Below are positions 12,381 through 24,941 of a stretch of 64,000 nucleotides of DNA, piece after piece. This DNA comes from Octopus bimaculoides (lineage: Eukaryota): NCBI RefSeq assembly GCF_001194135.2, contig NC_068984.1:67664056-67728055 (forward strand), given 5' to 3'. Both the position numbers and the translations under genes were made by a program. The notes beneath the pieces were generated by a model that worked only from the letters and a program-made list of their open reading frames with translations, was not told the origin of the DNA and searched no databases. Each line of letters opens with the position of its first letter. The first letter of the stretch is position 1.

Positions 12381-13411
12381 TCACGAATTTTACGCTTTTC
12401 TAGAGACCACCCTGTTTATATGTATATATACTAATGACTGTAGGGTATTATTTTGAAAGAGATGGGTGCTACTTCTAGCAGGTTGAGATAACATCTGCAG
12501 ATTTCCCTCGGTCTGTTTACAATCAATTTTATTAGCTGGAATCTATTCATAATATCAATCCAAAAGTAGAAGAAATGTGGGTAAACCTATCTCCGTAGCT
12601 AAGTATAATTGAAAATGAAATATATGTTTAGATACATGCAAGGTTTAATGCCAGATATTTCCTTACAATACAAAAACGATCGATTGGAAATGCAAAATTA
12701 GCGAAAAAATAATTGAGTTTAAAATTTAAGTATAAACAAGCGTGAAGTTCGTACAATTTTGAAATATTGTATGTGTAAACATTAATGCGAGTTTATTTAT
12801 TAACCATTTTCATCATAACATGATAATTCAGAAAGGATTATGGCAAAATCTAAATATCCGGTATTGCGTTTTTCCATTTTAGTAAATTGCCATGGTTTTG
12901 AAAAGATAGCCAAACATAAAATCCCTACTATGCGGAGATTAAACAACCAGAAATTAAATTATTCACTCTGAATGCATTTTATTGATGAATATCATTGCTA
13001 TTTGAGAAGCGATACTTGTGTTTTCTTTTTGAATTCTGCTGTTTTCTCAAAGGAGCGGTTTTAATTGAAAAGCATCAGCAGCCTGCTGTTAGATTTGCGA
13101 TCTAACAATGACAAGAGGTGCATTAGTGCCAAGTGAATAACCAATACACATGATAAATGACTAATAATGAACATATCCCCCACCTCAATGTTCCTTTAAA
13201 AAATGCCATTTATAGCAGTATGAATATAAAACAAAAACTATATAAGCTCATGACAGTTCATTCACATCATTAACATTAAAAAATAAAGTTTTAAAATATC
13301 TTTTAAAATTTAATTTCATCTGTTGTCATTTAGTAATTTACATACTTGAGTGCTGGAAGCCGTTCTTTTACGAAACACAATGGAGGTATTTGTTCAATAA
13401 TAAAGAGTCGT

Positions 13412-13616
13412 AGGCGGCGAGCTGGCAGGATCCTTAGCACAGCAGGAAAAATGTTTAGTCCATCCTTACGTTTGGAGTTTAAACTCTATCGAGGTCGACT
13501 TTGCCTTTCATCCCCTCGGATTCGATAAAAAAGTACCTGTTGAGCACTGGGATCGATATTATCGACTTAACTTCTCCCCCGACATTGCTGACCTTGTGTC
13601 AAAATTAGAAATTAAT
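13412..13616 (+). mobile_element. tRNA-derived SINE family B (CORE-like central domain)
   Basis: GGCGGCGAGCTGGCAG head, GTCGACTTTGCCTTTCATCC core, CCTTGTGTCAAAATTAGAAA tail; many homologues in the window. Confidence 0.9.
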
Positions 13617-13669
13617 GGAAGATAGACGTATATTGATGATGATAATGACGATCCTTTCTACAATAGGCA

Positions 13670-13866
13670 CAAAGCCTGAAATTCTGAGGGAGGGTTATAA
13701 TCGATTACGTCGAGTCCAGTAAATAACTGGAACTTATCTTATTAACCCAGAAAGGATGAACGGCAAACTCAACCTCGGCAGAATTTGAACTCAGAACGTA
13801 CAGACGGACGAAATACCGCGGAGCATTTTGCCCGGCGTGCAAACGATTCTGTCAGTTCGTCACCTT
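13670..13866 (-). mobile_element. SINE family B, tail-to-tail with 13412-13616
   Basis: Reverse complement reads AAGGTGACGAACTGACAGAATCGTTTGCACGCCGGGCAAAATGC...GAGTTCAAATTCTGCCGAGG. Confidence 0.9.
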
Positions 13867-13888
13867 AATAATGATAATAATAATAATA

Positions 13889-14103
13889 TAAAATATGGAC
13901 AAATACATAACAAAAAAAACAGGACTTACAAATATATATAACATACAGAAAATTGCACTACTGGGTACTGCACACGTTCTACGCAAAACACTTTCAATAC
14001 AGTAAACATAAGAGCACCACAGCAAACCACAGCACATACCGAAGGCGCCCAGAGCTGCGCTCGGTAGTGAAGTGAAAGCACGTTATAAAAATAAAACTAC
14101 TGA
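13889..14103 (+). mobile_element. 3' end of an R4/Dong-type (restriction-like endonuclease) non-LTR retrotransposon
   Basis: 13922-14005 encodes GLTNIYNIQKIALLGTAHVLRKTLSIQ*, matching the QK.ALLGTAHILRK C-terminus of R4-clade ORFs; flanked by (TAA)n on both sides. Confidence 0.75.
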
Positions 14104-15964
14104 ACAACAATAATAATAATAATAATAATATGCATATGCGATATGACTATGCATATGCGATATCACTATGCATCATACAAAATTAGACCATGCCATATAT
14201 CACACACCCAGAGGCAAAACTGACCATTTCTTAAATGATTCATTCGCAGCATTAGATATTAATCTCCAGTATTACATTCTGTACATTTTATACCACTATA
14301 AGTAAGGAGGTTGGTTTCCTCTTACAGCAGAACCGAATATCTGTTTAGAATCATCTTTGCTGTAATATCACAGTAACCAATTGCAGTTTAGATATATATA
14401 TGTATTGTCTAGTTCTAAATCATATTTTAGTGACATACCAGCTGTGACTTTTTTGCACTTAAAGGATACGCAAGACTATGTAGTCTAACAATTCTATTTC
14501 CTTACTGAAGATTGTGTGGAGTTATTTGATGATGACTGAGTTACATAGTTTTCGTATATGTGCAGTCACATAGGCACACTCGTTGCTTAGCTTATTGCAG
14601 CGTAAATATCATGCGCTCTCGCATTTCTTTTCATAACTGTGTCGTCTTATATCTCACATAGCCGAATAGTGTTAATCGTATTTACACTATTTACTTAGAA
14701 TAAGTCTTCGATGTTATTCCATAATTTTATACATTTTCTGTAACTTGACTCCTGAAATTATCGAATAGCTACACTGAAGAATCTTTCACAAAATACTGGG
14801 TTCATCATGAGAGACCCTCTTCATAATTAAACTGATTTATATTCTATATATTGGCCTCAGAATTGAAACTTCCCACTTTCGAAACAACTATAACTCTAAT
14901 TTATATTAACTTTTTTTTGCAAACTACATTTGTATTTGTACTACACTACTGAAAATTGTATCGATACTGATAATTCAAACTTATTGACCTTTCATTTCTG
15001 AGTAATAAATAGATTATATGTGTGTATTCTATCTCAAACAATAGTAGAAACTATTTATTGGATGCTGCATGTGTTTAATTAGCCAAGTGCAATTAATTGA
15101 CGAGAACGTTTAATCCTGTTTCAAACAACCGATTCGGAAGTGAAAATAGTTTTGGCAAATGTGCGTCACACTGATTTGATTGCTAACTCTGTGATGCTAT
15201 AGATTTATTTGAGTGCAAAGTCATGTATAGCTTTATACCAATAAATCGAATAAGCTTTCTAAGGAAGCAGTATAATCTAGTAGATTGTATTTTTGTTGCA
15301 ATGGTTTTAATTTGATTTGTTGCCGGTTATTGAGAGATGGGAAAGCAAAGAGAACATGGAGGGAATTATTACACAACATTTGCTTAATAAAAGAAGAGAA
15401 ACGCTGAGTTTCTCCTTTGTAAAAAGTCTGAATGTAAAATTACGATATATTTACAGTTGTTCTGAAACATTTTGTTTACTGATTATTTGTCTCAGTTAAT
15501 AAAGCCTTGCTAGCAATGTTTGTAATAATGCACTAGATATTCTGTTAGTTTATCCTTGGGACTAACAGAAATATGCATAACTACAGTAATACAAACTTTT
15601 GCCAAAGGAACCATCCGGTAAAAATAATAAAAAACAACTATAATTTTGCGAGGAAATGTTTGCTCACATTTTAACGAATGAAAAACTCTGTAGCCGGTTT
15701 CAATTTATCAGGGTATTTCTAGTGTACAAATAAAAAATAAAGTTATATAACTGTTTATATTCGGCATAGAAATCAGTTAACAAAACCAGTACTATGGTTC
15801 TCAAGCGGTGCAATTTTACTAAATGATTCAGAGAATCAATAGGAATTTCTTTATAGAGTAAAATAAACATTTTTCCCAATGCCCAATCATTATTCATTCA
15901 GATTACGTAACGAAAATTTAAGCAAAAGTACTACACACATTTTGATCTTTTTGTTACACATCTT

Positions 15965-16300
15965 GCCACATCGACGTGGCGTCATTAGCCTTAATCTTTT
16001 GTCTTTTTATTGCTACAGCAGATACTCTGATGAACTTCCTCTCTTAGTTTCAAACCACTTTGTGCCATCTTGCCTCACTCGAAACTCACGGCGTCTTCAT
16101 ACATGTGCTGTTGTGCTTCCACGAATAAAGAAGTCTTTCTACAGTAATATAAGTTTGGCAGCTCGAATGAAACATCCGTCGAACTACCAGACTTTGGAAC
16201 TCTCTTCCATCTCATTGTTTTCCTCCTTCTTATTACCTGAATTCTTTCCTAAAGTAAATTCGTTATTTTGTCTCAATTTCTAAGTCACTTAGACTTAGCG
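15965..16300 (+). mobile_element. 3' fragment of a Jockey/CR1-group LINE reverse transcriptase ORF, decayed
   Basis: HRRGVISL..FY.Y.RYSDEL..LV, then after a frameshift LWNSLPSHCFPPSYYLNSFLK; resembles the HRR-SL-FY-YY-G-CS-EL...LWNSLP-F-FK C-terminal pattern. Confidence 0.7.
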
Positions 16301-16584
16301 GCTTTCCGCTTCATGACATTCTTATAAAAGATTAATTGCTTAAAACGAAAGCATAATAATTTGAATATATGTGTAAGTGTGTGTATGTTGTAGCATTTTA
16401 TTATATTCTATTAGTAAAACAATGTGAAATCTTGCTTTTATAACCCATTCATTTAACATTTTCAATGAAATTACAATTTTTGAAAGAATTCGTAAATTAC
16501 AGAATATCACAGACACCGATAATATAATTTCTACCACAAGAACAAGGTAGGATATTTTGGGGATTGATATCTCAACTAGTACAT

Positions 16585-16712
16585 GTGTCATCGACTCTGA
16601 AAGGAACGAAGGAACAAAGTCGGCCTCCGCGGTATTTTAACTCAGAACGTAAAGCCGGCAGAAAGTGTCGCCAAGTATTTTTGTTTGGCATCCAAACGAT
16701 TTTGCGAGCTCA
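16585..16712 (-). mobile_element. SINE family B, degenerate
   Basis: CAAAGTCGGCCTCCGCGGTATTTTAACTCAGAACGTAAAG...AAACGATTTTGCGAGCTCAC matches the family B reverse complement. Confidence 0.7.
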
Positions 16713-17675
16713 CAGGATAATATTTAAGTAGCAATTTCGAGTAAAGAAATTGAATATAAAAATATTGACTACTTAATTTCTATTCATATGCATATTTATG
16801 ACTTCAATAAAAAAGCAGAAAACATTCATGCATCGGGAGATTTTGTTGTAAATTGTATATTGTGCACATTTAGTTGCAAGTTGATTTATCTACGCTGATA
16901 TACATGACATTATTTCCTATGAGACTCTTGTAGTCACTTGAATGACAACTAATGTTTTACTGATTCTACTTTTTATTTAGATAACTATAAAAGAATGAAA
17001 GGCAACACTACTGCATGCAGAAAAATTTGAACTAAAAATACTGAAAGTCGAAACTAAACAGTTTTGCATGGTTATTGATTTCATGCTATTGCTTTTTATT
17101 TCGCATATTATAAATCATAGTTTCCTAAATTTAAGTTTATAGTTTCTTGAATGCATTTCAACATACCTCTGGCTTTTATTTATATCTAAAGTATTACATT
17201 GGCAAGGACGGTAGATTACATACTGCCGATTTGAAACGGAGAGAGTTAAGAAAACACTATTTATTACAATTTACACACTCCGACGTAGAAATGCTTTTTT
17301 CAAAAGGCTCTTTTTCACTACTACAAGAACTACTACCACTACTACGGCTACTATACTATTACTAGTACTGTTACTACTACCACCAAAACCACCACCACCA
17401 CCACCATCGTTACTTCAAACATTACAGTGTAAATATTAGAGGCTCTATATTCCACTAGCTCCTTGTAGACTGGTATAGCCAGACTACAAATATATATTTT
17501 TATTATTGTTGCTATTTCCTTAGCAAGAATTTATTATTTGATTCCATATATGTCTTCGTTAAACAATCTAACATGAGCATAAGAAAATAATTAGATGAAA
17601 TTAAATGTATATTTCTCCAGGCTTCGTAAGCTTTAACGAAGGAATAGAATAAGTGAGTATTCTAGTGAGTTCGTA

Positions 17676-17738
<63 letters not shown>

Positions 17739-18223
17739 GTGATAGCCTGTGTTTTCTCGTTTTGTGTGTTTGTATTGATATTTATTCTCGTTCACGGTTC
17801 CATTGTATTCAAGCAACAAGAAATGAATGCAACCGTTAAATGTCATTGCAATCGCAAATCTATTCACGCTAACAGATAACTAAATACACCAATCAGTCTT
17901 TGAATCTGCAGTGTAACAAATTGTCTAATAAAAGCTAACATTGATAACCTTATCATTACTATTATTATTCTTATTTATGGTTGTAGTTGCTGTTATTAAT
18001 AAGAATATCAACAGCAACACGGCAGCATCATACTGATCTCTATTTAAAAAAAAAATGACTGTGTGTCTCATGAATGAATTCTTCGTAAATTCTAAGATTT
18101 CTGTGAAGACTGAGCGCAATATCATGATACCAATATTTCACATACTTATTTCTTTGATAAACTTCTGCGGTTCTTTTCTGTATAATACAGTAGATAGCAT
18201 GAAGTATGCCTCTGTGTGTGTGT

Positions 18224-18256
<33 letters not shown>

Positions 18257-18258
<2 letters not shown>

Positions 18259-18421
18259 GGCACAGGTGTGACTGTGTGTTAAGTGGTTTGTTTCCTAACC
18301 GTATGGTTACGGTTTAAGTCCCATTTCATCGTACCTTGGCAAATGTCTTCAACTATAACCCGGAGCCTATCAGAACCTTGTGAGAAGATTTAATAGAAGG
18401 AAATGTAAGAAGCCCGTTGTG

Positions 18422-18453
<32 letters not shown>

Positions 18454-18455
18454 TA
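18257..18455 (+). mobile_element. SINE family A 5' half ending in its (TA)n tract
   Basis: AAGGCACAGGTGTGACTGTG...CCTTGGCAAATGTCTTC...CCTTGTGAG...AGAAGCCCGTTGT. Confidence 0.75.
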
Positions 18456-18510
18456 AAGGAAAATGAAAAAAGCCAGAATGCTGAACTGGGAGCATAATTT
18501 AATAAAGATT

Positions 18511-18553
18511 CTTTCTAACCGGTTTTCATTGCGATGAAGCAAATTATCAAGAA
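18511..18553 (-). ncRNA. Minimal type-I hammerhead ribozyme-like motif, U3-A8 core variant
   Basis: Minus strand: TTC TTGATAA T TTGC ttcatc GCAA T GAAA ACCGGT TA GAA. Stem II has 4 bp plus a U.U pair, stem III is palindromic, stem I has 3 bp. It lies downstream of and on the same strand as a Penelope-like ORF fragment. Confidence 0.5.
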
Positions 18554-19294
18554 GTAGGAGAATGAAAATGTTTTTTTACAAAGAAGTACAAAAAAGTACA
18601 AAATGAAGAAAATAATATATAAAACAATAATATATAAAAAAAAATAAATATACCCATACATTATATTGTCTTTGAGCTTTTGTAGTGCAATAGTAGTTCA
18701 TGTATAAATTGGTNNNNNNNNNNNNNNNNNNNNNNNNNNNNNNNNNNNNNNNNNNNNNNNNNNNNNNNNNNNNNNNNNNNNNNNNNNNNNNNNNNNNNNN
18801 NNNNNNNNNNNNNNNNNNNNNNNNNNNNNNNNNNNNNNNNNNNNNNNNNNNNNNNNNNNNNNNNNNNNNNNNNNNNNNNNNNNNNNNNNNNNNNNNNNNN
18901 NNNNNNNNNNNNNNNNNNNNNNNNNNNNNNNNNNNNNNNNNNNNNNNNNNNNNNNNNNNNNNNNNNNNNNNNNNNNNNNNNNNNNNNNNNNNNNNNNNNN
19001 NNNNNNNNNNNNNNNNNNNNNNNNNNNNNNNNNNNNNNNNNNNNNNNNNNNNNNNNNNNNNNNNNNNNNNNNNNNNNNNNNNNNNNNNNNNNNNNNNNNN
19101 NNNNNNNNNNNNNNNNNNNNNNNNNNNNNNNNNNNNNNNNNNNNNNNNNNNNNNNNNNNNNNNNNNNNNNNNNNNNNNNNNNNNNNNNNNNNNNNNNNNN
19201 NNNNNNNNNNNNNNNNNNNNNNNNNNNNNNNNNNNNNNNNNNNNNNNNNNNNNNNNNNNNNNNNNNNNNNNNNNNNNNNNNNNNNNNNNNNNNN

Positions 19295-19572
19295 GGGGGT
19301 GGAAGTGGTGTATGTAGTTTGGAATTGGTTAATAATGTTTTCAAAGATTTGTGTTGCGTTTTGCATTTAAGGACTTTGTGTGTATTAATGATATTGTTCA
19401 TTTTCGGGTCTATAGTAAGTAAGGGGAGGTTTTGTTTAATTGTGGTGAATGCTTCGATGTTATTGGGGTTATGGGTGGAGATGTATGGAAGTATTTTGGG
19501 GTTGGGTGTGTTATTATGTTGGTTGGTTTTTAGTGTGCTTTTGTCAAGTTCCTTGGCACGTTTTATTCCATA
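19295..19572 (-). mobile_element. Penelope-like element ORF fragment (region between RT and GIY-YIG endonuclease), open into the gap
   Basis: About 92 uninterrupted codons: YGIKRAKELDKSTL...KILPYISTHNPNNIEAFTTIKQNLPLLTIDPKMNNIINTHKVLKCKTQHKSLKTLLTNSKL, matching the PLE pattern P.V.T.NP....I......L..DP.....I........R...NLK.LL. Confidence 0.7.
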
Positions 19573-22500
19573 GGTCTATTTATAGTGATTTAACTTAAAA
19601 TTTTACTACCCAAACTATTACTCACTTCGGTATCACCCCACCCTTACATTTTATCTGCCTTTTCTCTACCCATCCCTTAATGCAACTCTGTCATATCACC
19701 CTACTCACATGTCTCACATTCTTTTACACCTTATCTTCTAATCTCTTCCTATTCCTCCCCCACACCTCTTCCATCCTCCCATCACATTATCTTGATCACC
19801 AACTAACACTCCCTGTCTCACTTCTTTCACCCTTTCTTCTCATATATATATATATATACAGAGAGAGACAGTGTGTGTATGCGAGAGAAAGAGAAAGAGA
19901 GAGTGAGAGAGAAAGGTACTATATTCTGTTTCTTCTTATACTCAACATAATACAGTTCTCCTTGTAAAACAATGTTTTGTAAATTTATATGATTGCCTGA
20001 GTTAAATGATAAATACATACCTAATTGGATATTTAAGCAATATGTTCAAAGATGACAAATAAGTTAGATGGGTGCTGATGAAGGAGAAAACCCACCAAGA
20101 TATTGCATATACGCCAATTACTTGTTTTTCATCTTCTTATTGTTTGTTTACATCTGACGTCTAGTATATGAAATATTGTAGCACAAATCAGTACTAGTTA
20201 TAATTTCTAAAGAATATCTATAGCGTTAACCTTAATAGATAATGAAGAAAGTGCACTGCTAACGCAGTAGAACCCGGTATTCGGTTATAAAAACGTTTAA
20301 AATACTTTATAGTATATTATGTCTGCATAACGAAATACCACGAACCTACAAATCATTAATACCTAATTGTAATAGTTCATTACAACTTTGTTTTCTGAAT
20401 CAGATATCACGGCGCTAGCGCTAGAATGGAAGCTTATTAACTATTATTCTAATGACAACCATTTTCGCCTCCAAAATATTTTCTTTAATTTTAAATTATT
20501 TTTCCAAGCGGGAAATATTTCTAAGAAAAAATTGTCTCTGCTTAAAGCAATTTTGTGTACATTACTAATCATGCATTCATTAGAAAAACCTGGTTTTTAT
20601 GAGAATTCAGCATTTTGCTAGAATAAATTGTCCTTTAAACTGTTGGAAACAACAGCTCATTCGTCAAATCACACCATACTGTCGTAAATAAGAATGACAA
20701 TAATAGAAACGTGAGGCAATATGATACATAAAAATAGACGGGACTGTCACAATCGCTGTGTATTGCTTGTAGACTTTTACCTGCTAAAGCTGACCTGAGG
20801 TCAAACGACAGGAGGAATAAAATTTATGCAGTGAACAATACCAAAAAAACAAGAGCTAGTTGCCTAATAACATATTCAATAATCTATTCTTGCTTCTACG
20901 GCAATGGTGTAGAGAAATCAAAATACGTTTCCGACAATCGATTTAAGTGATATCACTTTCGATTTATCATTTCTCAAAAAAAATTCTATTCCGTTTTTAT
21001 TCGTATCATAAAATTCACTTTGTCATCTGTATCATGTATTGGGTGTGATCAGAGACAGCATGAAATTGAAGCAATTACATCACGGAAGAGCCATCTTAAC
21101 CAATTTATGAATTTATTGCTTAAGCTGTCAAATTGTGTCGCATATTTGCAAACTGGTTATTTAGAGATTTCCACAGCACTGCTGAAAATATGAATTACTG
21201 CCAAACTTTAATTGGTCTTGCGGCCTTTCTTTAGTTTCTCTCTTTTCTTCTTACTAATACATAGTTCTAGCTGTAACATATGAGATAGATCACCGTTAGG
21301 CATATTAGATTCAATATTTCTGTTTGCCTGTAAATTCCATGTGTCTTTTCTATCATTTTCCTTGAAATTCCTCACCATTTTCTTTTATTTTTCATTTCGT
21401 TTTTCGCCCTTCCATATAAAGTATACATAGTAAGACCAAACATTCAACATCAAATACCATGATAAAAGAAGACAGAATGGAAAAGGTAAGAAGAGAGAGA
21501 GAATAAAACAAAACAAGGAAATGGAGATAAGAAGGAGTGTGACGAAACACGCAATCGTATAAGTATGCATATATATANNNNNNNNNNNNNNNNNNNNNNN
21601 NNNNNNNNNNNNNNNNNNNNNNNNNNNNNNNNNNNNNNNNNNNNNNNNNNNNNNNNNNNNNNNNNNNNNNNNNNNNNNNNNNNNNNNNNNNNNNNNNNNN
21701 NNNNNNNNNNNNNNNNNNNNNNNNNNNNNNNNNNNNNNNNNNNGATTATAACAAGTCCTGTTTGTGCACATATTTTATGATGTAGATAAACTGTAAACAA
21801 TAACGATTTCTTCATCATTCAATGTATCAATAAAAAGAGAAAAAAAAAAAGTAACGTGTTGAAGCGCCATATTTTCAACAAGATGATACCGATAAGGTGA
21901 ATTAGTGTATTGACTCATACTGTTGATCGATTTATGATTCAGTAACGCTGTTTAGTGTGTCAAGCCATTGAATCACAAGAATATGCACTGCGATTGTCTC
22001 TAAGATTAGACATATTAAATGTAGTTATAAACAGAGGGATTAATATTCTTTTTTCAACTAACAGTGAAATATGATAAATCATGACACTTCTTCAACAAAC
22101 TCTTTAAAAGAATCCAATCACAATGATGAATAAGGAGTGTCCCGATTGATATTTTCACTATGGTATATTAGTGAAGGACAATATTCATGACAACCGTTTG
22201 ATGTTACAGATGGAACGCAGTAGCTGTGAAGCAGGTAAAATAGTGAGAACTTGATCTTTTTCAAGCAGAATTCGAAAGTTTGTGTCAGTGCTGGCGGAAT
22301 TGCATAGATTTGTGGATAGAGACTACATTAAGTTGTAGCTTTGTTTAGAAAAGCAATTACTCTACCAATATGAGTAACTTAAAGACCTATGTGAGCTAAT
22401 AGAAATTTTCAATTCTTTCTCTTTAACTCTCATATATTTTTTGAAACAATCCCTAAGCTATAATTTTTCTATATATGTCAATCTACAGACACACAAAGTA

Positions 22501-22637
22501 AACATCGATTCCCAACATTTGCGGAAGTTCTGAAAGACTTTTGATGACTAATCCCAATTACCTACTTAATATATACTTAATATATTATGCTGGAAAATTT
22601 TAGCAACCCCTAGCATCAACAACTGTAAAAGAAAAAA

Positions 22638-22868
22638 AAAGTTACACCGTGTGTACACTAATTGCGCCTATTCTGTCTATTCAATCCTCTTTTTTTCCAT
22701 TATGTGTCCTATATTTTTTTTAATATGAAATTTGTTAGTCGTTCGATTGAGAGGGAACTTTCTCATCAACCTAAACAAATATTTTAACTTTTGTAGCAAT
22801 TGAAATTCAATTTTTTAAAAGCGATACTCTAACAACCATAAAATACTTCTGTCAGCGAAGAGATAAAC
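22638..22868 (+). repeat. Direct repeat copy 1 (about 230 bp; copy 2 at 24942-25172)
   Basis: Near-identical from AAAGTTACACCGTGTGTACACTAATTGCGCC to CTTCTGTCAGC.AAGAGATAAA; flanks are unrelated. Confidence 0.95.
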
Positions 22869-24941
22869 AATAATGTCTCCTAGTATATTACTAAAACTTG
22901 AAACCATAACTACTTGCAATAACACTAGAACATATGTGGAAAGAATTTACGTGTTTTTTCCCTCGTTTTCCTCCAACATACCATGTTTAACTCTTTTTAC
23001 AGTTAATTAACATTTGTTTGCTAAATCAAAACACATTCAAAAGTATGCTCATTGTTGGTCTTTGATAACCAAAGGATACTGTCACGCCCTATCATGCCAA
23101 TATAATCTACCGCCATTTAAAGTGAATACGTTACGTAAAATGCAAAGGAAGCTGTGCATGTCTTTAATCTTTTATATAATGAAGTTGGGAATCGTTGCAA
23201 AACTATAATTAATTACAGATTAGTTCCTGCTGATCTTTTGATTTTAATTAAAACTCTATAGTCAAAAAGTATAAAGGCTATCATACTTTTCTGTCATAAG
23301 CCCTTAACCGCGTTACAAGAAAGTGAAGATACTCAAAGTGAAACTTAAATGTTTGATTAATATTTTATGTATATCTGCATATTATTTAAATTTCTGTTCT
23401 TTTATGCACGTAGATATTTACAGGTTCCCACAATCTCTCTCTCGCTTTTTCTCTTTCCGTTTCTCTCTCTCACTCGCGCGTGCGCACACCTCAACGTACA
23501 AAACNNNNNNNNNNNNNNNNNNNNNNNNNNNNNNNNNNNNNNNNNNNNNNNNNNNNNNNNNNNNNNNNNNNNNNNNNNNNNNNNNTATGACACTAATATA
23601 AGAAAATTTATAGTTGTAACCTAAATTTACAACTAAGTAACACACGGTTTGTTATGATTAACTAAAAGCAATTGTACGATGTGATCCGGCATGGGTACAG
23701 TACTATATTGATGACGTAAAAGTGTCAAGGACTAAAAGAATACACTCTCTCTCTCTCACTCGCGCGTGCGCACACCTCAACGTACAAAACGTAAAAAAAA
23801 TTGTGCCTCTTAAATTGTTTTGCAACGCACAACTGCATTCAAACTAGTGAGCGTATTTTTAGTTAGGATAAAATCCTCATGAGACGTACACTCCAAAAAC
23901 ATTTTACTACGTAACCAGCTTTCATCTCTCGCTAACCAGTTAAAACATTACACATTTCAAGGAATATTTCTGGTAATAAACATTTGAAGGTTACTGAAAT
24001 TGTCTTTGTTTGAGAAAAAAAAGATCGCTTACTGCTCATCTTCATTATATTTTTCTTCTATATTAATGCTTTACATGCATATTTTAAAAAAATTACCATT
24101 GACTTAAATTTACTTGTGGTATAATATAATTTCTGAATACCAGTAATGAGATAAACCGACATAACGAAACGAAAAGTATGATATATGACGTTGTTGAACT
24201 AAATTAGACTTTCAAATTATGCTTTACATTTTAAAGTATTACAAATATAATGCAGCATACTAAACTAAATACGATTGAAAAGTGGCATTTTCCATGTGAT
24301 ACAAAAGTGGGAGACTGAAAACTATAGCATCTGAATGATATAAAATAAGTGTTTATACCAAATTCAAAAAAATTAAATACTCTAAAGCATTTTCATTTTT
24401 TTAGACTAATTTGATTTTTCAATCTCCACGCCTGTGGTGACGACAAGTTCTGTATAATTCAAGTACTCGAGTCAATTAACTCTATACTCCCAAACAAATA
24501 CGTTGCCTTGTCCTTAAGTGCGAAAACAATATTATTTTGAATGTCGGCTACAGTATTGCACTTCGAAAACTATTTCATCTTTAGAAATCTTTAATTTTCA
24601 AAGGATTATAATTCGATGAATGCTTTTCAGGTGATAATTTAAAGATAATTAGATATTTCTGCAATATATTATTTTTAAACCTACTAATTAAGTTTAAAAT
24701 GCAATGCTGTTTCAAAAACTGCATTTTCTAGAATATCACTTTTAAATAAAATCACACTTAATTTAAATATTTTCCACGTATTTTAATATTATTTTCGGTA
24801 TCCTATGTGATTTTTGGATTATTTAGACTTCCAAGTTATAATTACTTAAAACGCAGCAGTGAAACATTTTCAAATGTAAAAGATCAATCGTAGTTGATGA
24901 TAATGCCTTGATGATAGCTATTTTTAAGTATAATTAAAACT

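Noticed and set aside
13076-13107. Two small perfect hairpins (CAGCA-GCC-TGCTG; TGTTAGAT-TTGCG-ATCTAACA)
   Set aside because: Stems of 5-8 bp are expected by chance in 60 kb.
20065-20100. GGGTG-CTGATGA-AGGA-GAAA motif
   Set aside because: No stem II hairpin and no stem III or UH cleavage triplet.
22200-22242. Possible 25-nt plus-strand micro-exon (TTACAG|ATGGAACGC...GCAG|GTAAAA)
   Set aside because: Weak acceptor context and no supporting exons.
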